From positions 1 to 59,965 of the forward strand of contig JBFLZG010000029.1 of the NCBI GenBank assembly GCA_040756235.1: a stretch of DNA of 59,965 nucleotides, written 5' to 3'. Source of the stretch: a bacterium (lineage in GTDB: Bacteria; Desulfobacterota; DSWW01). A program made the position numbers and the translations under genes. Below are positions 9,638 through 19,579 of this stretch, one piece after another (within the stretch, counting starts at the first letter, position 1; each line of letters begins with the position of its first letter). The notes below the pieces were generated by a model. The model was not told where the DNA came from, ran no database searches, and was given only the letters and a program-made list of their open reading frames with translations.

Positions 9638-10195
9638 ATGACACCATGCACGGGTTGCGCCCGGCCGAGCTTCCGGGTCCTCCTGCTCCTTCTGATCGGC
9701 GGGCTTTCGGCTGCAGGCGGAGCTGCCGAACCTGCGCGAGCCGAGCTGACCAGCACCGCTTTCGAGCAGGCCGAGCCGATGCCGAGCGCGTACACCTGCG
9801 ATGGTGAAGACGTCTCGCCCCCTCTGGCCTGGGGAGCGGTGCCGGCCGGCGCCAAGAGCCTCGCCCTGATCTGCGACGACCCCGACGCACCCGCAGGTAC
9901 GTGGGTCCACTGGGTGATCTACGGTCTGCCCCCGGATTTGAAAGGCTTGTCCGAACGGGTGCCGCCGGTCGAGGAGCTCGCGAACGGCGCCAGGCAGGGA
10001 AGGAACGATTTCGGAAAAATCGGCTACAACGGGCCGTGCCCTCCCGGCGGAACCCACCGCTATTTTTTCAAGCTCTACGCGCTCGATCTCTCTCCGGACC
10101 TGCAGGCCGGGCTCACCAAGAGCGAGCTCCTGAAGGCCATGGAGGGCCATGTGCTGGTGCAGGGCAGTCTGATGGGCACCTACGAGAGGAAGTGA
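9638..10195 (+). CDS. YbhB/YbcL (PEBP/Raf kinase inhibitor-like) protein, exported
   Basis: DDPDAPAGTWVHW, GPCPPGGTHRYFFKLYALD; signal peptide; GGAGG RBS. Confidence 0.92.
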   Translation: MTPCTGCARPSFRVLLLLLIGGLSAAGGAAEPARAELTSTAFEQAEPMPSAYTCDGEDVSPPLAWGAVPAGAKSLALICDDPDAPAGTWVHWVIYGLPPDLKGLSERVPPVEELANGARQGRNDFGKIGYNGPCPPGGTHRYFFKLYALDLSPDLQAGLTKSELLKAMEGHVLVQGSLMGTYERK

Positions 10196-10209
10196 CGGGT
10201 GCGGAGTCG

Positions 10210-12354
10210 CTATTTCTCGGTGAGAGTCCAAACCCCGTCCCAGGTTCCGCCGTCTCCTGCCGACAGGAGGCCGCGGCAGCGCGCCGCGTAGGCACGGGCA
10301 GGCGGGTCGCCCGGGAGCGACTCGAAACAAGCGGCGGCCTTTTTCCAGGCGCCCTCGTAACAAAGGCGAAGTCCCTCTTCGAACCGTTCGCTCTCTGCCG
10401 CGGCCGCCCCTTCTCCGGGCAACCCTGCCGGTTCGAATACCGTGACGGGTTGCCGGCGTCCGACCACTCGCAAACGGCCCAGCTCGCGCCCCACGAACGC
10501 CTCGCCGGCCAGCGCGCGGGTGCTCCCCGATGCCAGGGTGTACGTCCCGAAGGCCTTGTTGGCCCCCTCCAGGCGTGAGGCCAGGTTCGCTGCATCGCCG
10601 AGGATCGTGTAGTTGAACCGGTCGGCCGATCCCATGTTTCCCACCACGACTTCGCCGGTGTGGATCCCGATGCGCATCCTGAGGACGGCGCCGTAGCGCG
10701 CCTCGAAGCCCGGGCGAAGCTCGGCGAGCTTCCGCTGACATCGGACCGCCGCGCGCAGCCCCCGCACGGCGTGATCGGGCTGGTCGAGCGGTGCGTTCCA
10801 GAAGGCCACGATCGCGTCGCCGATGTACTTGTCCAGATAGCCCCCCTCCTCCCGAATGATGGCGCCCATCTCGGTGAGATACTCGTTGAGCAGCGCCGTC
10901 AGCGCGGGCGGATCGAGCCTTTCCGAGAAGGAGGAAAATTTCTCGAGATCCGAGAAGAAGATCGTGAGCTCGCGCTTCTCGCCCCCGAGCCGGAGCCGGG
11001 ACGGGTCCTTGAGGATCTGCTCGATGACTTCCTGGCCCAGGTAGTGCCGGAACGCATTCCTGTAGAACGCCTTCTGCCGTCCCTCGGTCGCGTAATTGAT
11101 GAGCACGCCGCTTACCAGGGCCAGGAGCACGCCGGCCTCCGGCGCCGCGACCGGCCACCAGAGCCCGGCGCCGTAGGCCCCGAACCCGGCTGCCCACGGC
11201 AGAGGCAGAAACACGGCGAAAGCGAGCAAGCTGTGGGCCGTCTTACGGCTCAGCACCATGGCCACAGCCGCAACCAGGGCCAGAGCGAGCGTGCCGAGCG
11301 CTACGGCCGTTCCGTCGGCATCCCGCATGAAGTCGCCCGAGAGCAGGTTGTCCAAGGCGGTCGCATGGATCTCGACCCCCGGGTACACCCTGCTGATGGG
11401 TGTCGGCCGCAGATCCATGAGCCCGGGCGCGCTGAATCCGAACAGGACGAAGCCGTCCCGGAAAACCGCAGGGTCGATTCCGGGCCGGCTTCCGGAGCCC
11501 TCGCGCAGCCTGAGCTCGGACTGCAGCACGGCGGCCGCGCTGTAGGTCTCGTGGGTCTGCGAGGGACCCCGGAAGCGCAGGATGGCGCGGCCGGCGCGAT
11601 CGATCGGCACCTGGCGGTCCGCGACGGTGAGCCGGCCCGGCCTGAGCGCGGCGGATACCGCCTCTCCGTGCTTCAGCCTGTCGGCCACGAGGGTGCCAAG
11701 GGCCAGCGAAAGGACCGCCTGACCGTCGAAGCTGCGCAACAGGCTCGCTCTGCGGAACACGCCGTCCGGGTCCGGGCCGTCGCTCACGTTCGCGAGGTAG
11801 AGAAATCGGGCGGCGATCTCCGGGACCGGAAAGGCAGCGCGGGCCGCCCGCAGGTCGGCGAAATCGGCGGAACGGGCCCACTCCTCGATCCCCGACACCT
11901 GGACGCCCCGCGGCAAGCCTTCGGGCCAGCGGGTGTTCTCGCCGCTCGCTTCCCCCAGGAAGACAGCTCCGACGGCGTCGTTGCCGCTCGCCAGGGTCGC
12001 TCCCAGGGCCTCGTCGTCCGTCACCTGGTAGACCGAGGGCTCCGTGAACAGCACGTCGAAGGCAACGAGCCGCGCCCCGCCGCGCCGGCAGAATTCCAGG
12101 ATCGCGCCATACGCCTCGCGCGGCCATGGCCAGCCCCATTGAAGCTCGGCCTTGGCCCAGTCCAGGCTCGCCTGATCCAGGAGGATCAGCTTCACGCGGC
12201 CGGTCGCATCTCCGGGCCCGGCCATGGCCTGGACGCGCCAGGCCCAGGTCGTCTGTTCCAGGCGGTCCAGGGCGCCGCCGAGCCAGAGGGCCAGCGCCGC
12301 GGCGGCCGCAGCCAGACCTGCGGCTGCCCCAAGGAGGAGGCGTCTGCGCTTCAT
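10210..12354 (-). CDS. CHASE2-domain class III adenylate/guanylate cyclase
   Basis: CHASE2 motifs WPWPR, AFDVLF, DPDGVFR, PGVEIHA; 3 TM; cyclase FSDL, DKYIGD, YTILGDAANLASRLE (K and T suggest ATP). Confidence 0.93.
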   Translation of the reverse strand: MKRRRLLLGAAAGLAAAAAALALWLGGALDRLEQTTWAWRVQAMAGPGDATGRVKLILLDQASLDWAKAELQWGWPWPREAYGAILEFCRRGGARLVAFDVLFTEPSVYQVTDDEALGATLASGNDAVGAVFLGEASGENTRWPEGLPRGVQVSGIEEWARSADFADLRAARAAFPVPEIAARFLYLANVSDGPDPDGVFRRASLLRSFDGQAVLSLALGTLVADRLKHGEAVSAALRPGRLTVADRQVPIDRAGRAILRFRGPSQTHETYSAAAVLQSELRLREGSGSRPGIDPAVFRDGFVLFGFSAPGLMDLRPTPISRVYPGVEIHATALDNLLSGDFMRDADGTAVALGTLALALVAAVAMVLSRKTAHSLLAFAVFLPLPWAAGFGAYGAGLWWPVAAPEAGVLLALVSGVLINYATEGRQKAFYRNAFRHYLGQEVIEQILKDPSRLRLGGEKRELTIFFSDLEKFSSFSERLDPPALTALLNEYLTEMGAIIREEGGYLDKYIGDAIVAFWNAPLDQPDHAVRGLRAAVRCQRKLAELRPGFEARYGAVLRMRIGIHTGEVVVGNMGSADRFNYTILGDAANLASRLEGANKAFGTYTLASGSTRALAGEAFVGRELGRLRVVGRRQPVTVFEPAGLPGEGAAAAESERFEEGLRLCYEGAWKKAAACFESLPGDPPARAYAARCRGLLSAGDGGTWDGVWTLTEK

Positions 12355-12404
12355 GGTGAGAAAATGCTCCGGTGAGAGGATCGGGGGCGGCCACCCCGCT
12401 GCGC

Positions 12405-13322
12405 TCAGAGCCTGCTCAGCGCCTTTTCGAAGCGCTGTTGCCGGGCCGCAGGCGCAGGGCTGGCGGAGGCCGCGCCGATCAGGAGCCGGACGTCGGCCAT
12501 GCGGTCTTCGGGATCCGGGTGCGTCTTGGCGAAATCCGGGCCGCCGGGCTTCAGGTTCCGTTTCATCTCGCCCAGCATGTCCAGAAGGGCGTGCGGATTG
12601 TAGCCGACCCGCTTGAGGATCGTGACCGCGCTGGCGTCGGCTTCCCGCTCGAGGTTGCGCGAGTAGCCGCTGTTCATGAGCGTGGAAGTGATGTCGCTGA
12701 TCGAGCCCTCGAAGGTGCGCGTCAGCTCGGCCAGTTGCTCGTTGCCCAGGTTCTTGGCGCTCTCGGCGGCCAGGATGGTCAGGGCCGAAGTCAGCCGGCC
12801 GGTGCGGATGGCGCGCAGGCCGTGCGCGCCCTGGACGTGCCCGATCTCGTGGGCCAGGACCGCTGCCACGGCGTCCTCGCTCTTGCAGCAGCGGAGCAGC
12901 CCCCGCGAGACCATGATGAGCCCGCCCGGCGCCGCAAAGGCGTTGATCTCCTCCGACGCGAGCACCTGGAAATGGTAGCCTCCGAAGGTCTCGGGTCGGT
13001 CCGAAGCCTGGGCCAGAGCCTGCCCCAGTACGTTGATATAGCGGTTGGCGCTCTCGCCTTCCATGGGCCGGTACTTGTCGAGCACGCTGGCCGCAACGGC
13101 CCGGCCGATATAGTACTCCTGCTCAGGCGTGATGTCCTTGAACGTCTTGTCCATCGCCACCGCGGTCCGGTTGATCGACTGGGCCTGCTCGGTCGTGAGC
13201 GCGCCCGAGGCCTGGCCGATCGCGGTTCCCATCTGCGCCACTTCCGCGCAGCCGGCCGCCGCGGCCAGGGCAAGGAGGAGCCATCCTGCCTGCAATGCGC
13301 TCGCTCTTCCGGAGCGTTTCAT
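12405..13322 (-). CDS. M48 family metalloprotease, lipoprotein
   Basis: NAFAAPGG, HEIGH, YSRNLEREAD, THP; lipobox AAAGC; start overlaps upstream stop (ATGA). Confidence 0.9.
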   Translation of the reverse strand: MKRSGRASALQAGWLLLALAAAAGCAEVAQMGTAIGQASGALTTEQAQSINRTAVAMDKTFKDITPEQEYYIGRAVAASVLDKYRPMEGESANRYINVLGQALAQASDRPETFGGYHFQVLASEEINAFAAPGGLIMVSRGLLRCCKSEDAVAAVLAHEIGHVQGAHGLRAIRTGRLTSALTILAAESAKNLGNEQLAELTRTFEGSISDITSTLMNSGYSRNLEREADASAVTILKRVGYNPHALLDMLGEMKRNLKPGGPDFAKTHPDPEDRMADVRLLIGAASASPAPAARQQRFEKALSRL

Positions 13323-13807
13323 TGGGCACCTCCTTTCACCGCCGTGACCGCCCCGTCCTGGAGGAACGACGCGACCTCGACGGGTGAAACTCTGCGCTGC
13401 TCCATCCGGTCCACGGCGGCGTAGTTGAGGTTCTGATTTCCGGAACGGTACTCGGCCTCCACTTCCTTGTTGAATCCTTTGCCGGCCAGCGCCAGCTCGT
13501 CGCTGGATGCGGCGGCCTGTGCGTCCCGGCTGCCTGCGCTCAGGACGATCCGTTTGGTCGTCAGGGCCGAATCGTGCATCCACCCGGAGGCCGCCCCGGT
13601 CGATACCTTGACCCAGCCGGGCCGCTTTTCGAGCACGTTCACCCGGTCCCCGTATGCCAGCGTGCACACGACCGGGCCCATGAAAGAGGGGGAGCTGCGC
13701 ACGGGCCCTTCCCGGACCTGAACGCACATCATCGAGTCGGCCGCCGCGATCGCGGCCAGGGCGAGGACGCAGAGCGCCGTGGAAAGTCTGGGGAGTATTC
13801 GTTGCAT
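13319..13807 (-). CDS. Exported bacterial SH3-domain protein
   Basis: Signal peptide; VRSSPS..LAYGDRVNVL..GWVKV..GWMH; C-terminal LALAGKGF; GGAGAG RBS. Confidence 0.82.
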   Translation of the reverse strand: MQRILPRLSTALCVLALAAIAAADSMMCVQVREGPVRSSPSFMGPVVCTLAYGDRVNVLEKRPGWVKVSTGAASGWMHDSALTTKRIVLSAGSRDAQAAASSDELALAGKGFNKEVEAEYRSGNQNLNYAAVDRMEQRRVSPVEVASFLQDGAVTAVKGGAQ

Positions 13808-14076
13808 GGCTCTCCTCTCCGCGAGGCTGTCGAGAAACGGCCGTCCGGGGGCGGTGATGGAATGGGCGCGGCAAGCGGAGACAAAGTATAGTACCGTGGT
13901 CGGCCCGTCAACACCGCACGGCGGCCGGGGAGAGTCCCGTCGGCCGGGGCTGAGAGGGGGCCCGCAGCCGACGCCCGGTAGCGGTTGTTTCCCCGCGAGC
14001 GGCATGGTATTCCGGTAAGCAACGGCAGAGAGGCCGGCCGGTCGACCTTTCCGATCCGAGCGAGCGGAGGTGATGG

Positions 14077-15951
14077 ATGGCGCCGACACCGTTGATCCGA
14101 GACATGCGGGACATCCGGGAAATGGAGCAGATTCCGCTGGAGCAGAGGTTCCGGGAGAAGAACGTCTACGAGCTCCTGGTGAAGGGAAGCGGGATCGACC
14201 CGGACCGGACGGCGCTGAGCTTTCTGCTGTCCGGCGACCTCTACGAGCATCCGGTCGAGGCCTCGTACCGGGAGCTGATCGGCAGGGTCCGGCAGACGGC
14301 CAACTTCTTCCACGACCTCGGAGTCGGCCCTGAAGACGTGGTCACGTATCTGCTTCCGAACCTCATCGCCACCCACTACGTGCTCTGGGGTGCCGAGATC
14401 GCCGGCATCTCGAACCCGATCAACCCGCTGCTGGAGCCCGCCACGATCCGGGACATCTGCCGGGCGGCGCGCACCCGGGTGCTCGTGGCGCTCGGGGAGG
14501 TGCCTGGATCCAATATCTGGGACAAGGTCGAGGCGATCCGCAAGGAGATCCCGACCGTGAAGAGCGTGGTGCGCGTGATGGGGCCCTCCGACGAGCAGCA
14601 GGGGATCTACGGGTTCGAGGAAAAGATCGAAGCCTATCCGCGGGACCGGCTCTCCTTCTCGCGGGAAATCGGTCCGGACGAGATCTCGTCCCTCTATCAC
14701 ACCGGAGGGACGACCGGCACCCCGAAGCTGGCCAGGCGTACCCACTTCAACGAAGTCTTCATGGCCTGGGTCATTTCTCTCATGGGCGGCATGAACCCGG
14801 AAGAGACCCTGCTCTGCGGGCTTCCCCTGTTCCACGTGAACGCGACCACGGTCACCGGGCTCGCGCCCTTCTCCATCGGGGCCCGTGTGGTCCTGCTCTC
14901 CCCCATGGGCTATCGGGACCCGACGATCATGAAGAACTTCTACAAGATCGTCGAGAAGTACCGGGCCGCCTCCTTTTCCTGCGTGCCCACGGTGCTTTCG
15001 GTGCTGCTCGACACGCCCAAGGGAGGCGCGGACATTTCCTCTCTGCGTTACGCCGTCTGTGGGGCGGCGCCGCTGAGCGTCGAGCTCTTCCGCCGCTTCG
15101 AGGCCCACTCCGGGATGAAGGTTCTCGAGGGGTACGGCCTGACCGAAGGCACCTGCGCCTCGGCCATCAACCCCAAGGACGGGGAGCGGAAGGTGGGCAG
15201 CATCGGCCTGCACATGCCCTACCAGCAGATGAAGATCGTCATTCTCGACGAGGCGGGCAACTACGAGCGGGATGCGGCCCCCGGCGAAATCGGAGTGGTG
15301 GCGATCCGCGGGCCCAACGTGTTCAAGGGCTACGTGGAAGAGGCCCACAACAGGGGACTCTGGATCCAGGGGGACTGGCTGCATACGGGCGACCTCGGCC
15401 GGATGGACGAGGACGGCTATTTCTGGCTCACGGGCAGGAAGAAGGAGCTCATCATCCGGGGCGGCCACAACATCGACCCGGCCGTGATCGAAGAGCCCCT
15501 GTACAAGCTGCCGGCGGTCAAGCTGGCGGCAGCGGTGGGCAAGCCGGACGCCCACGCCGGCGAGGTGCCCGTGGCCTACGTCGAGCTGAAAGAGGGCGCC
15601 CATGCTTCCGCCGCGGAGATCCTCGAGCACGCACGCGGCAGCATCGGCGAACGGGCTGCCGTGCCCAAAGAGGTCTACGTCCTGGACCAGATGCCGCTCA
15701 CCCCGATCGGCAAAGTGTTCAAGCCGGCCCTGCGGTGGGACGCCACGCGCAGAACGTATGCCGAGGAGCTGAAGGCGCTCGGGGAGCTGGCCTCTTCGGT
15801 GGAGGTCGAGGTGCGGGAGGACAAGGTCCACGGCACGACCGTGCGGGTGCGGGTCAGGCCGGCCGCGGGCGTGACGCAGGAGGCCATCCGGGGGCGGGTC
15901 TCGCAGCTGCTCGCCCGCTACACGGTCCATCACGAGCTGACCATCGAATGA
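14077..15951 (+). CDS. Acyl-CoA synthetase (fatty acyl-CoA ligase-like)
   Basis: HTGGTTGTPK, GYGLTE, HTGDLG, GRKKELIIRGG, GKVFK; GGAGG RBS. Confidence 0.92.
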   Translation: MAPTPLIRDMRDIREMEQIPLEQRFREKNVYELLVKGSGIDPDRTALSFLLSGDLYEHPVEASYRELIGRVRQTANFFHDLGVGPEDVVTYLLPNLIATHYVLWGAEIAGISNPINPLLEPATIRDICRAARTRVLVALGEVPGSNIWDKVEAIRKEIPTVKSVVRVMGPSDEQQGIYGFEEKIEAYPRDRLSFSREIGPDEISSLYHTGGTTGTPKLARRTHFNEVFMAWVISLMGGMNPEETLLCGLPLFHVNATTVTGLAPFSIGARVVLLSPMGYRDPTIMKNFYKIVEKYRAASFSCVPTVLSVLLDTPKGGADISSLRYAVCGAAPLSVELFRRFEAHSGMKVLEGYGLTEGTCASAINPKDGERKVGSIGLHMPYQQMKIVILDEAGNYERDAAPGEIGVVAIRGPNVFKGYVEEAHNRGLWIQGDWLHTGDLGRMDEDGYFWLTGRKKELIIRGGHNIDPAVIEEPLYKLPAVKLAAAVGKPDAHAGEVPVAYVELKEGAHASAAEILEHARGSIGERAAVPKEVYVLDQMPLTPIGKVFKPALRWDATRRTYAEELKALGELASSVEVEVREDKVHGTTVRVRVRPAAGVTQEAIRGRVSQLLARYTVHHELTIE

Positions 15952-17759
15952 GACTGCCGCGCACAAGCCGGGGGGAGAAGCCGGTCCGCAAAGAGCCCGG
16001 AGCGACAGGTCGGCGCTCGGGACGCCTGGGCGAGGCCCTCTGGATCCTCTTCCTCGTCTCGTTCTGCCTCCTTGCCCTCGTGCCCGGAATGGATCGCCGG
16101 GATCTGTGGCTGCCGGACGAGGTCCGGTACACCGAGGTCGCCCGGGAAATGACGGATCAGGGCGCCTGCCTCCTGCCATCTTTGAACGGATCGATCTATT
16201 CCGAAAAGCCTCCGCTCTTCTTCTGGCTCCTCGCAGCGCTCGCCGGCGCCACCGGCGCCCTCTCCCCGATCACGGGCCGATGGATTTCCGTGGCCGCCCT
16301 GATAGGGACCGTGATCTCCGTCCATCTCCTCGGGACACTCCTGTTCGATCGGAGGTCCGGACGCGTTGCGGCTCTCCTCCTTGCCACCATGGCCCATCCC
16401 TTCTGGTTCTCCCACCTCGGGGTGATGGACAACCTGCTCATGTTTTTTGTCGCGGCGAGCATCCTCGCATTCTACGCCGGCTCGGAGGGCCGGCTCCCGG
16501 GTTGGGCGGGGTGCAGTCTGTCCGGCCTGGCCATGGGCCTCGGCGTGCTTTCCAAGGGCCCCTTGGGCCTGCTGCTGCCCTGGCTCGCCATCGCCTGCCA
16601 CCTGTTCTGGGGAGAAGGCGTGAGGGGGTGGAAACGGGGGGCCCTGTGGTGGACGCTTCTCGCGGCCCTCGTCCCGGTCCTGGCCTGGCTGGTGCCGGCC
16701 TGCATCCAGGGAGGGCCGGAATATACCCAGGTCATTCTCTGGAAGCAGAACGTGGGACGCGCGGTGACCGGGTGGGCGCACAAGAAGCCGTTGACGTTCT
16801 ACCTCGAGGTCCTGCCCGGAGGGCTCGCGCCGTGGGTCGTGATGCTCCCGGGGGCCTTGTGGGCCTGGCTCGCCAAGCGGGCGGCCGGCGCGACCGGCGA
16901 AGCACAGCGCTGGAGGCTGCCTCTGGCCTGGTTCGGGGTCGTCTTCGTTTTCCTGAGCCTGATCTCCGCCAAGCGGGACAAGTATCTCTTGCCCGTTTAC
17001 CCGGCCGCTTCCCTCATCATCGGCCGCGCCCTGGTGCTCGCCGAGAGCATGCGGTGGACAGAGAGGCGGAAGGGAATTGCGGTCGAGGCGGCGGTCTGGC
17101 TGCTCCTGATCGGGTTGGCCCTCGGAGGTCTCGGCGCAGGCATGTTCGCTCTCTGGGCACCGCCGCAGGGTGCGGCGGCTTTGTTCGACCGGGTCGCAGG
17201 CGGCGACCTCGAGGCAGCCCGCCTCCTGGCCCCCGGAAGCCGGATGGCGGTGGCAGGTCTCAGCCTACTCGCGGTCCTGTGCGCGTTCCTGGGCCTGCGG
17301 TTCGCCCGCAGGGGCGGCCTGGTGAAATCTCTGGCGAGCGGGATCCCGCTGTTCTTCGGAATTTCACTCTACCTGAGCTTCCACGTCATGCCGGCCATGA
17401 ACGGATCGATGACCGCCGAGGTCTTTTGCCGGACCATGAGAGCGGGGGCGCCGGACCTGGACAAAGCTCGGCTGGGCCTCTTTCAGAAGGACTACTCGGC
17501 TGCCTTCAACTACTGTCTGCGAAGATCGCTCATACCGGTCCTCCGCCGCCCCGAGGATGTCGCCGGCTTCTTCGCGGCGGACGAGAAGTCCTATCTCATC
17601 TCTCCCGAAGAAAACCTGCGTAAGCTGGAAGAGACCCTTGCGGGAAGGGGCTTGAGGATGTCACGGGTGGCGCAGGGGAGGGTCTTCGGCCGCAGGACCT
17701 GCCTCATCACGGCTGCTCGCGATGGGACCGGGCCCAAGGAGGAGGCTGAAGACAGATAA
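15948..17759 (+). CDS. ArnT-like glycosyltransferase family 39 (GT-C) membrane protein
   Basis: LWLPDEVRY, EKPPLFFW, LSKGPLG, KRDKYLLP; many TM helices; ATGA overlap with upstream gene. Confidence 0.87.
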   Translation: MRLPRTSRGEKPVRKEPGATGRRSGRLGEALWILFLVSFCLLALVPGMDRRDLWLPDEVRYTEVAREMTDQGACLLPSLNGSIYSEKPPLFFWLLAALAGATGALSPITGRWISVAALIGTVISVHLLGTLLFDRRSGRVAALLLATMAHPFWFSHLGVMDNLLMFFVAASILAFYAGSEGRLPGWAGCSLSGLAMGLGVLSKGPLGLLLPWLAIACHLFWGEGVRGWKRGALWWTLLAALVPVLAWLVPACIQGGPEYTQVILWKQNVGRAVTGWAHKKPLTFYLEVLPGGLAPWVVMLPGALWAWLAKRAAGATGEAQRWRLPLAWFGVVFVFLSLISAKRDKYLLPVYPAASLIIGRALVLAESMRWTERRKGIAVEAAVWLLLIGLALGGLGAGMFALWAPPQGAAALFDRVAGGDLEAARLLAPGSRMAVAGLSLLAVLCAFLGLRFARRGGLVKSLASGIPLFFGISLYLSFHVMPAMNGSMTAEVFCRTMRAGAPDLDKARLGLFQKDYSAAFNYCLRRSLIPVLRRPEDVAGFFAADEKSYLISPEENLRKLEETLAGRGLRMSRVAQGRVFGRRTCLITAARDGTGPKEEAEDR

Positions 17760-17839
17760 CGCGCTCTGATCATCGGTGTCGCGCGCGAGCTGTTCTTCTT
17801 CTGGCCGGCAACCTACAACTGAAAACGGTCGACTCGACT

Positions 17840-18934
17840 TCAATCGCCCAGACAGATGCCGAGGTCGCGGGCCGTCTGCACCGTGTCTCCGTCCAGGGGG
17901 ACCCGCTTCATTCTTTCGACGGCAAGGGCGAGCGGGACCGGGACCATTCCGGGCGGGTTGTGCGAGACCATGATCCCGAACCGGCCCTGCTCGATGAAGC
18001 GCACCGCGGCCCCGCCGAAGCGCGTGGCCAGGAGACGGTCGAAGGTGGTGGGTGACCCGCCGCGCTGCAGATGGCCGAGAACAAGGGACCGGGTGTCCTT
18101 GCCCGTGCGGGCGCGGATCTCGCGGGCCACGTTTTCGCCTACGCCGCCCAGCAGGACCTGATCCCGGCCCTGCTCGGCCCCATCCCGGACGGTGAGCTGG
18201 CCGCCCTTGGGCAGGGCGCCTTCGGCCACCACGACGATGCCGTAATGCCGGCCCTTGAGCTCGTTCTCCATCAGCTTCCTGCAGACTTTCTCGATATCGA
18301 AAGGGATCTCCGGGATCAGGATCACATCCGCAGAACCGGAAACGCCGCTGTTCAGCGCGATCCATCCCGCGTAACGTCCCATCACTTCCACCACCATCAC
18401 CCGCTCGTGTGCCGAGGCGGTCGAGTGCAGCCGGTCGATCGCTTCGGTCGCGGTGGACAGCGCCGTATCGAACCCGAACGTCACCATGGTGGCGGACAGG
18501 TCGTTGTCGATGGTCTTGGGCACTCCGACCACCGGAATGCCCTTTTCCTGAAAGCGCTGGGCAATGCTCAGGGTTCCGTCTCCGCCGACCGCGATGAGGC
18601 AGTCGAGCCCCAACCGCTTGAAGTTGGCGACCACCTTGTCGGATATGTCGCGCTTGTCCACCTCCCCGGCCAGGTTCTCCACGACCATTTCGAACGGGTT
18701 TCCCTTGTTGGTGGTCCCGAGGATGGTCCCGCCCAGAGAGGCGATCCCGGCGACCATTTCCGGGCTCAGCCGGACGAGCTGACCCGTGTCCAGGAGCCCC
18801 TCGTAACCGTTTCGGCTCCCGTACACCTCCCAGCCGCGCTGTTGCGCGGACAGGACCACGGCACGTATGACCGCGTTCAAACCCGGTGCGTCACCACCGC
18901 CGGTGTTGATGACAAGCTTGAGTCCCATTGGCAT
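17840..18934 (-). CDS. pfkA: 6-phosphofructokinase (PfkA family, probably ATP-dependent)
   Basis: TGGGDAPGLN, GGDGT, PKTIDND, EVMGR, LGHLQRGG. Confidence 0.93.
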   Translation of the reverse strand: MPMGLKLVINTGGGDAPGLNAVIRAVVLSAQQRGWEVYGSRNGYEGLLDTGQLVRLSPEMVAGIASLGGTILGTTNKGNPFEMVVENLAGEVDKRDISDKVVANFKRLGLDCLIAVGGDGTLSIAQRFQEKGIPVVGVPKTIDNDLSATMVTFGFDTALSTATEAIDRLHSTASAHERVMVVEVMGRYAGWIALNSGVSGSADVILIPEIPFDIEKVCRKLMENELKGRHYGIVVVAEGALPKGGQLTVRDGAEQGRDQVLLGGVGENVAREIRARTGKDTRSLVLGHLQRGGSPTTFDRLLATRFGGAAVRFIEQGRFGIMVSHNPPGMVPVPLALAVERMKRVPLDGDTVQTARDLGICLGD

Positions 18935-19579
18935 GCACGGCCTCCTCCTGTCGAGCTGTGATGGTATTGTCGGAGAAAATCACGATCCTCTTGAGTTTGG
19001 GGGAGAGAGGCTGCCTGTCGAACCGGCCGCAGGGCTCGTCCTCCGAGAGGCGCCTCGAGGGCCGGAGAGCGCCGGAGTGCATGGCGACGGCGGCCTGCAC
19101 GTCGGCTCGACATCCGGGAGAAGCGTTGTGCAATTGAGCCCCACATCCGATCCAGCGGCCGGCCCGAGCGGGAGCGGCGTGCGGTACGAGATGGGGAAAC
19201 AGGGGAGACGCTCGAATCGAGAACGAGGCTCCTCCCGAAAAGAGGCCCTCGAGGGGACCGAAAGAGAGGGCAGGACGGCAAGCGAGGGTCCCGGGCGGAG
19301 CCCGGCGGCGGAGCAGGATCCTCGTCTCGCGGCTAAGGATTTCTCGGCCACGCTCCGATACAACAATGGATCTTGCGGGTCTGACCAAGGTCCCTGGCGT
19401 TTTTCGCGGGACCGGCTCCTCCGCAGCGCTCCTGGAGAGCTCAGTCTGCCTCGGCGAGGGGCCCCTCAGGGGCTGTCGCCTCAGGGCGTTACTCGAAAAC
19501 TCAGCCCCTGCGGTTTGGGAACCGCTGCTGCAGCGCGCGGGTCCTTGCGGGGCGGACTGCAACAAGAGTGGGACAGCTC

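Noticed and set aside
18935..19567. ORFs in the pfkA-response regulator gap (18867-19634, 18891-19565, 19366-19614)
   Set aside because: Low-complexity, mutually overlapping and motif-free; a small real gene cannot be excluded but is unsupported.
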